From a virus (lineage: Duplodnaviria; Caudoviricetes), in IMG/VR virus record IMGVR_UViG_3300044946_000035, positions 1-53,926 of that record: DNA of 53,926 nucleotides. One strand, written 5' to 3'. The number at the start of each line of letters is the position of its first letter. Position 1 is the first letter of the stretch. The translations under genes and the position numbers were made by a program. Below are positions 8,376 to 15,562 of the stretch, one piece after another. The notes beneath the pieces were generated by a model that was not told the DNA's origin, did no database searches, and saw only the letters and a list, made by a program, of their open reading frames with translations.

Positions 8376-9059
8376 TTGCCTTACGCATACCTGATTGAGG
8401 ATTTACTACCCACCCATGAAGTTCATCTTTTAGCCGGCCCGAGCGGAGCCGGAAAGACCCGATGGCTGTTTCAGATGCTGCTCGAATGGCAACAAGGCCT
8501 CCCTGTACTTGGAAAGAAGTCCTATCCCTGCGAATGGGTCTACGTCTCGGGAGATCGCAGCAGGGACTCCGTAACGCGCACCCTAGGCGGTATGGGAATC
8601 GATCCGGATAAGGTTCCCTTGGTTCCGGCCTGGGACGACCACATGGGAATCAACGAGATATTCGACGAAATCCAGAAGTCGGGTGCCTCGTTCGCCATCA
8701 TCGAGGCCTTCGGCAGCTTCGTCGAGCCGCCGGGCAACGGAAAATGCGTCAAGCAGTTCCTGCAACGCTGCGACAGGTTTATGAAACTGGCCGAATGCAC
8801 CATCCTAGGTATCGTGGAATCCCCCAAATTGAAGCCTTACGAACGGTACGAGAATCCCCGGCAGCGGGTGTCGGGAGCTGCGGCCTGGGCCCACTTCTCG
8901 GAAACAATCTTCCTGGTCGAGCCGGATGATTTGAGCGTGCCCGACAACCCCCATCGCACCCTCACCGTTTGTCCCCGAAACGGCCCCGGAATGACCTTCA
9001 ATATGGTATTCGATAGCTCCGGCAGGCTCCAGCCAGTGCGGACTTTGGACCGACTGTAA
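8376..9059 (+). CDS. RecA-fold AAA_25 (RepA-like) helicase/ATPase
   Basis: GGAGG SD then TTG; Walker A GPSGAGKT, Walker B IIEA, RVSGAAAW and R-finger PRN motifs. Confidence 0.8.
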   Translation: MPYAYLIEDLLPTHEVHLLAGPSGAGKTRWLFQMLLEWQQGLPVLGKKSYPCEWVYVSGDRSRDSVTRTLGGMGIDPDKVPLVPAWDDHMGINEIFDEIQKSGASFAIIEAFGSFVEPPGNGKCVKQFLQRCDRFMKLAECTILGIVESPKLKPYERYENPRQRVSGAAAWAHFSETIFLVEPDDLSVPDNPHRTLTVCPRNGPGMTFNMVFDSSGRLQPVRTLDRL

Positions 9060-9177
9060 CTTGTTGATAATCCGTATAGGGGGTCTGGGAGGGGAGGCCG
9101 GGACCGGCCTTTAAGGCTAAGGCGCTCTCTTATTACGAGAAATCAACAACTTACGATGAATCTGTAAGTTGTTGATT
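9056..9177. repeat. Origin-like region: perfect 14-bp inverted repeat plus a third degenerate copy
   Basis: AATCAACAACTTAC 9141-9154 / GTAAGTTGTTGATT 9164-9177; 12/14 match at 9056-9069. Confidence 0.7.
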
Positions 9178-9258
9178 CTCTGTAATGTGGTTTCAGGCTC
9201 CCGCCGTACGTACTCCGGGAAAATTGGTTCATGTTCCCATCCCCGAGCAGAGAAGTTC

Positions 9259-9612
9259 TCATTGCCCAACCTTAGATTGAACTTTGCGGCACCAGTGCTT
9301 GCCGTCTTCGGCCTCTTCCAAAATACGATGTTTATCTTTACAGGTCCATTCCGGGATCGGCGGTGGAACTGGGCATGACCCATGATGATCCACTGGATGC
9401 TTTGGAAACCTACCGATCTTCGGTACGCCATTATTTAAATCATTAGGACTTGGGCCACCACACCAATACTGCTGTCCGTGAATCGCTGGAACATCCAACG
9501 GTTGCCATGTGATAGAAGCAATCGCGTCTTGGTTGGGCACTGGCCCTTCTGGTTGCTTGGTCGTTTGCGCCCATCCCATCGTTGCGAGCAGACACACGAG
9601 TGCGATTCTCAT
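9259..9612 (-). CDS. Small secreted Cys-containing protein
   Basis: Signal peptide MRIALVCLLATMGWA|Q; four Cys in the mature part. Confidence 0.65.
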   Translation of the reverse strand: MRIALVCLLATMGWAQTTKQPEGPVPNQDAIASITWQPLDVPAIHGQQYWCGGPSPNDLNNGVPKIGRFPKHPVDHHGSCPVPPPIPEWTCKDKHRILEEAEDGKHWCRKVQSKVGQ

Positions 9613-9734
9613 TGGTTTGGCGGCTCCAATTTCTTGATGCGGCGCTTAAGTTCGATGACCTCTGTCAACGCTACGATGCAGGCCAATGCCAAAAAGATTG
9701 CGAAAAGTGCGATCTCTTTGCAACACTCCATCAT
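9609..9734 (-). CDS. 41-aa single-TM peptide (not in the ORF track)
   Basis: AAGGAG SD; MMECCKEIALFAIFLALACIVALTEVIELKRRIKK; ATGA coupling. Confidence 0.6.
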   Translation of the reverse strand: MMECCKEIALFAIFLALACIVALTEVIELKRRIKKLEPPNQ

Positions 9735-9772
9735 CTCTGTTTTCTCCTTTTCCCCGAGCAGCCCAAAAGTTG

Positions 9773-10111
9773 TCAGTCAGCGATTTCCCAGTCCTCCGCC
9801 AGCATGTCGATGTTGTTCGGATTCCACGGGACTAACTTGCCGTCAACGGTACTTAGGTAGATGTACGGCATTCCCATTTTGCTGTGCGCGTCGGGCACTT
9901 GCAGTCCAAGCCACATACCTTTGCCGTTCCAGCCTGAACGCCGTATCTTCTGCGAGTTGTCATCTTTCAGCGCCTGAATTGCCTGTCCAAAGTCCATAGC
10001 TTCTCCGCATCTGCAACACGGCTTCCCGTCGTACCAGCAATCACAGTGTTGCTTGTCATCGCTGTTCGGGCAACTGGTCTCCCAGTCCTCGTTGATGGTT
10101 GTGTCGTTCAT
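9773..10111 (-). CDS. tad2: DUF2829/Tad2-family anti-defence sponge; internal start at 9997
   Basis: MDFGQAIQALK...RRSGWNGKGMWL...PYIYL...VPWNP...DMLAEDWEI matches the DUF2829 consensus. Confidence 0.8.
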   Translation of the reverse strand: MNDTTINEDWETSCPNSDDKQHCDCWYDGKPCCRCGEAMDFGQAIQALKDDNSQKIRRSGWNGKGMWLGLQVPDAHSKMGMPYIYLSTVDGKLVPWNPNNIDMLAEDWEIAD

Positions 10112-10133
10112 TCTCTTCTCCCTCCCAGACCGC

Positions 10134-10337
10134 TCACCCCAATGTTGCCCGCATGGAATCTCGCATCGCCATCATCGCTTCCCCAACTTTCCGCCCGCAG
10201 TCCTCGCACAAATCCCAATGAAAATTACCGTCAGGCCACATATTGGCACGCGGGGCGGCATAGGAAACCGACCTTCCCCAGCAGCCTCCAGCATCTTTCC
10301 CGCAAAAATCACACGTTATTGTCGTAGTCTGGCTCAT
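10134..10337 (-). CDS. Small Zn-finger protein (CDFCG...LCEDC)
   Basis: Two CxxC pairs; GGAGGGAG SD. Confidence 0.7.
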   Translation of the reverse strand: MSQTTTITCDFCGKDAGGCWGRSVSYAAPRANMWPDGNFHWDLCEDCGRKVGEAMMAMRDSMRATLG

Positions 10338-10507
10338 TGTCTCCCTCCCCGACCTGCGCAGCCCCAAGCTTGAATTGTGCGGCCTATTCCACGCTCTTAT
10401 AGGCGGTCCACGTGCCCGGCAATTCCCTCATACTCTCCGGTTGTTGGTGAAACCCGCCGCACAAACTTTATCCAATGCGTTCTCTTTCGTGCTTCCCCTC
10501 TACAGAG

Positions 10508-10825
10508 TCAAGGTTGTGGCTTCAGAATCTGCATCTGCGCCGCAACGTTAGCCGCGTCCTGCGCTCCCTGGAGATAACACGATTGAGCCAGTCGCTCCAA
10601 AAAGTCCCACTCTTGCCGCCAGTCCGCATGGCGCACGGCTTCCCTGTAATAGGAAACCATTGACTGAGTGCGTTCATGGGCGGCTTCGACCAGTCCTGGA
10701 GTTGGAACATAGCCAGTAAGTTGCTCCTCTTTGCTGATCTTCAACATACGCTTCTTGCACCAATGGTTCGCGCTGCTCACGATTTTTGTTCCTCCGTCCT
10801 GACCTACTCTGGGAATGCCTGCCAC
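10508..10825 (-). CDS. Hypothetical protein
   Basis: ORF in the leftward operon; start uncertain. Confidence 0.55.
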   Translation of the reverse strand: MAGIPRVGQDGGTKIVSSANHWCKKRMLKISKEEQLTGYVPTPGLVEAAHERTQSMVSYYREAVRHADWRQEWDFLERLAQSCYLQGAQDAANVAAQMQILKPQP

Positions 10826-11037
10826 TTTTTTAAGAGTTCTCGCGTCCGTTCTCTAAGCTCTGGCGGCAGACTAGAGATCGTGTAGTCGTACATCTCTTTG
10901 ATGTGCGTGAGAAGTTCTTGTCGAACTTTCTGCTCGCCCTCGGCGCGATACTCAGATATCAACTTATATTTATTGAAGGCAGTGATCGGCCTCTCGCTTA
11001 ACCACTCCCGCGCTCGCTCTAGATCCTCATTGGTCAT
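10804..11037 (-). CDS. Hypothetical protein
   Basis: 77-aa helical ORF following the phosphatase. Confidence 0.6.
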   Translation of the reverse strand: MTNEDLERAREWLSERPITAFNKYKLISEYRAEGEQKVRQELLTHIKEMYDYTISSLPPELRERTRELLKKWQAFPE

Positions 11038-11039
11038 CG

Positions 11040-11480
11040 CTAAAAGTTCCCTTCTGCCACTTGAAAGACTCGCAGACCTTTGGCGCGGTACATGTCTACT
11101 ACTTGCTTACGGTCCTCGAAGATGCCCATAATTTTTTCGTTCGGCCACTGATGGATTAGGTCATCCAGCATTTCGGACTTCACAACGGAATCCTCTCGGT
11201 GGTCGCCTACCTCACGCATAAAGAGAGCCGTGCAGGGTATCTCCAATTCATTGAGCCAGTCCAGTGTCTTCTCGCGGATTTCCTCGCTGCGGCCCGTTAG
11301 AAGCATAATATGTGCCACTCCGCCAAGAGACTTAGCTACCTGTATGACCTCGGGAATCGGCTCATCGTCCGGGCAAGCCGCAAAGAACTTACGCCAATCA
11401 GCAGGCTTGGACTGGATGAAGTGCAGCCGGTGAGAAATGTCGGCCAAAGTTCCGTCGATGTCAAAGATGTAGAGCATCAC
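11040..11480 (-). CDS. HAD-family phosphatase (T4 PseT/PNKP 3'-phosphatase-like)
   Basis: FDIDGTLA, LTGR, FMR...D.R.D..VK, IFEDR...V, FQVA motifs. Confidence 0.9.
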   Translation of the reverse strand: MMLYIFDIDGTLADISHRLHFIQSKPADWRKFFAACPDDEPIPEVIQVAKSLGGVAHIMLLTGRSEEIREKTLDWLNELEIPCTALFMREVGDHREDSVVKSEMLDDLIHQWPNEKIMGIFEDRKQVVDMYRAKGLRVFQVAEGNF

Positions 11481-12958
11481 TTCTTTCCTTTCTGCTCCAG
11501 CAGAGCGGCCACGTCCTCAAATTTCACCCACTTGCCGTCTGGTCGGGGCGACATTCCCGCTGGTCGATATTCATCCGCGACGAAAAACTCCCATCGTTCT
11601 AGCGGCGATTCCTCGCGCCCTCCGACTGCTCCCGACTCCCATCCTCCAGCGAATGATTGCTTGTGCTGCGGCCGTCCGGCTTCCTCCTGCACGCCCGGAA
11701 TGCACTTAGGCCATTGCGGGCATTGATCCCCGGTGTACTCGCCGTGTTTAAAGCACCTGCCGCCGCGAAGATGACCGTTTACCGCTGCGGGATGCGTGCT
11801 TGGATCATGACCTTTCGGTAGGGCGCACGCGAACGAAGAATGCCCAGCAAGTAGAATCCCCGCAAATTCGCTACATTTCTCCTGCACGCCTTGGCTGGGG
11901 CGGGCTGCGTTGGCCAATTCATTTATCACTGCTTTCTGTTCGTTGGTAAGCGGCTCCGTGAGGTCACGCAAATGTTCAGCCACGTCTTGATGGCCGTGAA
12001 GTTGAGCGCGAAGTCTAGCTTTCTCGCTGCGTTGATAATCCCGGTCCTTTTGCAGGTCGGAGATAATCCCTACAAGTGGCTGGTCTAATTTAATATCGTC
12101 AACGCAAAGCAATTCGTGACGAACTTCTTCTAACTCTTTCTCGGCTTGTTCCGCACGTTTTCTCCAAGCCGCGTGCATTGTGCGCTCAGTTCCGAGTGCC
12201 GCGTCCTCGCTTGGCAGGGCTGTCGCAGGGACGGACGCGGCGTGCCACTCATGGTCGCAATATACGGTCGTCGTGCCTCCAAGAACGTATTTCGGAATGG
12301 GATTGCGAACTGAACGCTTATAACTCCTGCATTTGGGATTCGGGCACCGTTCTCCCTGCGCTTCCATCGCCGCCCTAATCTCAAACCTTTCGCCGTCTTC
12401 GAGCGGATAGAACAACCTGCGCGCCTTATCAAGAGCCTCATCCTCACAACTGGCTGTAACTCGTGCGCCTTCTGCCATACGCTTACCGTGGCGAAATCGT
12501 AAAACGCTATATTCTTTGGGCACTGCGGGTGCGGCCACGGGGACAGCAGGGTGCGCCCAATCTTCGATGCAGCTAGTCATAAGCACCACGCCGGGGTGTT
12601 TGATCCATGAGCCGAGTGGCCTATAGGTGACTTGGTCAATTTCTACTCCGGGATGAAACACGAGCACTGGCTTACCCATCGCAATAGCCATCCCGACTTC
12701 GACTAACGCTCCCTTGAGCGGGAAATCGTCTGGCTCTACATAGAGAAGCAGCGCAGTCGATGATTTGATTTCTTCCTCTAATCGCTGCCATAGCTCTCCA
12801 AAATCAGCGGTCTCTCCCCTTCCATCCTCATCGATCCATGTGGCGGAAATCCTCATTCCCTGAGAGCGAAACCGCCGCCACATTTGGCCGCGCTCCGGGA
12901 CGCTCGCCCTGCTTGCGACGTAATATATCGGCACGGACTGCTCTCGTTTCTCACTCAC
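11477..12958 (-). CDS. Mosaic protein with an N-terminal nucleoside 2-deoxyribosyltransferase-like domain
   Basis: YVAS...WID...GALVEVGMAIAMGKPV motif, followed by Cys-rich and coiled-coil modules. Confidence 0.7.
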   Translation of the reverse strand: MSEKREQSVPIYYVASRASVPERGQMWRRFRSQGMRISATWIDEDGRGETADFGELWQRLEEEIKSSTALLLYVEPDDFPLKGALVEVGMAIAMGKPVLVFHPGVEIDQVTYRPLGSWIKHPGVVLMTSCIEDWAHPAVPVAAPAVPKEYSVLRFRHGKRMAEGARVTASCEDEALDKARRLFYPLEDGERFEIRAAMEAQGERCPNPKCRSYKRSVRNPIPKYVLGGTTTVYCDHEWHAASVPATALPSEDAALGTERTMHAAWRKRAEQAEKELEEVRHELLCVDDIKLDQPLVGIISDLQKDRDYQRSEKARLRAQLHGHQDVAEHLRDLTEPLTNEQKAVINELANAARPSQGVQEKCSEFAGILLAGHSSFACALPKGHDPSTHPAAVNGHLRGGRCFKHGEYTGDQCPQWPKCIPGVQEEAGRPQHKQSFAGGWESGAVGGREESPLERWEFFVADEYRPAGMSPRPDGKWVKFEDVAALLEQKGKK

Positions 12959-12960
12959 AA

Positions 12961-13198
12961 ATTTGCCTCCTGTTTCCTCTAGGGTGTCACCGCATCATCT
13001 AGCTCATTCAACGCCTCGATTACGCTGGCATCTTTCGCGGCCTGAAGCTCTTGCCCGCCTTCAAACGCCTGCTGCATCAAACGCTTCACGCCATCAGGAA
13101 TCGGCACGTCGTGTGCGCTGAAAGTTTGTTTGCCTACCCAACGCTCAAACTCAGGATTCATATTTGGCCTCCTGTTCATATCTAGGGTGTCACCCGCA
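12961..13198. repeat. Imperfect direct repeat (about 35 bp) at 12961-12994 and 13162-13198 flanking one small gene
   Basis: Shared GCCTCCTGTT and TCTAGGGTGTCACC blocks. Confidence 0.8.
12979..13161 (-). CDS. Hypothetical protein (MNPEFERWVGK...)
   Basis: AGGAGG SD; 60 aa. Confidence 0.65.
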   Translation of the reverse strand: MNPEFERWVGKQTFSAHDVPIPDGVKRLMQQAFEGGQELQAAKDASVIEALNELDDAVTP

Positions 13199-13265
13199 AA
13201 CCCGTTTCCAAATCTTTTACTCTCCGCTATTCCGACTTTTGCGAGTGCTAGACGGGTCCCGGCCC

Positions 13266-13757
13266 TCAGCCTTTGTTGCCTTCTGTCAGAGTGAGAATCT
13301 TCCCAGAGGCCCGGTACTTCATTTGCAGCTCGACCATATGAAGAATCTTGCCTCCGGCTGTGCAAGCTGCGGTTGCTACCTCCGGTTTGATAGTTCCATC
13401 GACGAGGTCCTCCATCAGCGCGGCCATGAACTGCGAGAAATCAGCGCCAGTCTTGATGCCCCTTTGAGCTACTAGCGACGATTTCGACTGCCCGACTTCT
13501 GGAGTTGGCATTTTGTCTCCGGTTGGCATTTTGCCATTGGGAAGCGCAACCTTAGGTACCTTAGGTGTATCCGCTTTCCGATCTAACACTTTATAACCAG
13601 GGGTTTCCCGGTCTTCTGGGAATCGACCCTGTGCAGTTACCGTTGAATGACGCGCACAGAGTGGAGTGCCCGAGGTGATAGTGACAGCGGGAACTTCCGT
13701 CTTGGAGTCATCCCAACAAATATCGCAAATCTCATCAGTGACGCTATCTTTCGCCAT
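13266..13757 (-). CDS. Hypothetical protein with N-terminal Zn-binding motif
   Basis: CDIC...LCARH, followed by a helical C-terminal domain. Confidence 0.7.
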   Translation of the reverse strand: MAKDSVTDEICDICWDDSKTEVPAVTITSGTPLCARHSTVTAQGRFPEDRETPGYKVLDRKADTPKVPKVALPNGKMPTGDKMPTPEVGQSKSSLVAQRGIKTGADFSQFMAALMEDLVDGTIKPEVATAACTAGGKILHMVELQMKYRASGKILTLTEGNKG

Positions 13758-14151
13758 TCTTCAAGCTCCGCAGATACGCCTTCATCGCCTTAAGATCACG
13801 ACGCGCCTTGACCAGTTCCTTGCGCTCTTTCCATTCGAGTCGATTCGCTTCTATTTCGGCAGACCGCATCACGTGCCTTCTCGCCGTGGAAGGAACGAAT
13901 CGCGTCTCCCCCTCCGTGATGCGATGGTCCAACATTCCGAACCCGATAGAGCAAACGACGGCAGACGTGACTCCTATGACCCTAGCAATGACCGCTTGAG
14001 GCACTTTCCTTTCGAGTGCGGCCTTGGCGACGATGATCGCCTCACGCGACAGCTTGCGCGGAGAGGCATGCCCCTGAATCCACTTATGCCAAGGCCGCGA
14101 GACTTCAAGCCCACAGCCACACGCGCACAACGGGTTCGGTTTGTCACTCAT
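13744..14151 (-). CDS. Putative DNA-binding protein (CxCGCG motif plus HTH-like segment)
   Basis: LCACGCG...WIQGH; PQAVIARVIGVTSAVVCSI. Confidence 0.65.
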   Translation of the reverse strand: MSDKPNPLCACGCGLEVSRPWHKWIQGHASPRKLSREAIIVAKAALERKVPQAVIARVIGVTSAVVCSIGFGMLDHRITEGETRFVPSTARRHVMRSAEIEANRLEWKERKELVKARRDLKAMKAYLRSLKNGER

Positions 14152-14179
14152 TGTTCCTTCCACCCGTCCGTATAGGCCC

Positions 14180-14422
14180 TCATTTCGCATCGACCGAGCA
14201 CTGGGCATGAATGGGGGCTGGCACGTAAATGCCAGACGATTGCCACTGCTTAAACTCGTCCGGCCAGAGATTAAACTGGCAATGCTGGGTAATGTATTCG
14301 TTGATAGCTTTCTGGGCTTCTGGCCGCTTGAGTTCATCTTCCAAAGAAAATCCGCCGCCGCTTGCTGCCGCCAGACCACAAACAAATACTGCCAATACCG
14401 CCAGGCTTAAAATACTTTTCAT
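14180..14422 (-). CDS. Small secreted protein
   Basis: Signal peptide MKSILSLAVLAVFVCGLAAA; two Cys in the mature part. Confidence 0.6.
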   Translation of the reverse strand: MKSILSLAVLAVFVCGLAAASGGGFSLEDELKRPEAQKAINEYITQHCQFNLWPDEFKQWQSSGIYVPAPIHAQCSVDAK

Positions 14423-14623
14423 AATCTAACCACCGCTTTCTCCCAGGTTTCAGGGCTGGGACCCGTCTTGTACTCTTTCGTGCTCAACCTTCACAGACAA
14501 AAAGGTTTCACAAACCGTTTTACGCTTCTATGATCCGCCGACCATATGCCGTTTTTGCCCTGCGGAAACGACTTGAACACCGCTCGCCTGTCACGCGCCT
14601 TGCTTAGGCATGATTTCTACATG

Positions 14624-14860
14624 TCAACTCAGCCTCCCTTGCCTGATAAACTCTTGGCCTTCCCGGGTCAGGTACCATTCAGAGCAATGCGAGTGCTCGA
14701 TCAGGCCCTTCTTGCGGAGTGCCAACAATGTCCTCAGCCTATAGTCGGAAGAATGCATCAATCGTGTCTTCATTAGCGCATCCTTGCCGACATACAAGCC
14801 TGTACCTTTTAAACCGTAAAGCGCCAATAGTTGCGGGCCTGTGACTTTTCCGTGGGTCAT
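14624..14860 (-). CDS. Winged-helix-like small protein
   Basis: TLLALRKKGLIE...WYLTREG motif. Confidence 0.6.
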   Translation of the reverse strand: MTHGKVTGPQLLALYGLKGTGLYVGKDALMKTRLMHSSDYRLRTLLALRKKGLIEHSHCSEWYLTREGQEFIRQGRLS

Positions 14861-14879
14861 CCGGGTGTCACCTAATCCT

Positions 14880-15044
14880 TTACTCCGCCAACCATGTCCC
14901 AAAACGAATCAGCCCCCACCAGGCCAGCAGGCAGGCTCCAATCGCCGGCAACAGCCACCACTGAAAGCTGGCCGCCGGCTGCTGGTTGCTAAGTCTTCTG
15001 CGCCGGTCCGTGGTCGCGTAATCCGTCTCTTGGCTCGTATTCAT
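14880..15044 (-). CDS. Small single-TM protein
   Basis: MNTSQETDY...WWLLPAIGACLLAWWGLI; ATGA coupling. Confidence 0.6.
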   Translation of the reverse strand: MNTSQETDYATTDRRRRLSNQQPAASFQWWLLPAIGACLLAWWGLIRFGTWLAE

Positions 15045-15235
15045 ATTTTCCTTTCGTCCGCAGTTATTTCTGGATGCTCGGCCCGATACTTCCAAGCCTG
15101 CCATGCCCAATGCACATCAGCTTGGTAGTACTCCTCGGGAAATCTAGGATCGCGCTGTAGTTTTCCCATTGCCCCGCCATAGACCGCTTCGGCCCACCCT
15201 TCAAAACGCTCGCGCTCAACCGTCTCGTCGCTCAT
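15041..15235 (-). CDS. Hypothetical phage protein
   Basis: RERFEGWA...Y....V..AWQAW..RA motif common in phage early regions. Confidence 0.7.
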   Translation of the reverse strand: MSDETVERERFEGWAEAVYGGAMGKLQRDPRFPEEYYQADVHWAWQAWKYRAEHPEITADERKI

Positions 15236-15286
15236 TGTGTTACTCTCCGTAATCCATCAAGGCCAGCACCGCATCGACCTTAAAGT

Positions 15287-15529
15287 TCATAAGATTGTCC
15301 AAGTGTGACCAGCAGGACAGGTCGCTTTCTTCGTATGCGGCGATACGACAACATGTACGTCTTGCTCGGGATCGGCTGCATGTTTTGGCGGACATTCCGG
15401 GCAGTAGGAGACCAACTTGGGCGGTCTCCCTTGGTTGCCGCCTTTCGTGGAACTCATGGGCGGAATCAAACGCTTGCGTTTTTCCGCCGTCATTCCGACA
15501 AGATGCGAAGTTGGTGTCCATCTACTCAC
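15287..15529 (-). CDS. Zn-ribbon-like protein
   Basis: CPEC...CPAGHTW. Confidence 0.6.
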   Translation of the reverse strand: MSRWTPTSHLVGMTAEKRKRLIPPMSSTKGGNQGRPPKLVSYCPECPPKHAADPEQDVHVVVSPHTKKATCPAGHTWTIL

Positions 15530-15562
15530 GGTTCATCCCCTCCAATTTTAGAAACTCTCTCA

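Noticed and set aside
14441-14466. GGGUCCCAGCCC on the minus strand resembling the twister ribozyme L4 (GGUCCCAAGCCC)
   Set aside because: It lacks one conserved A, and the upstream UAA/GCC elements and P1/P2 stems are not present
14548-14572. CAGGGCAAA resembling the start of a c-di-GMP-I riboswitch
   Set aside because: No GAAA tetraloop stem or GACGCAAA follows
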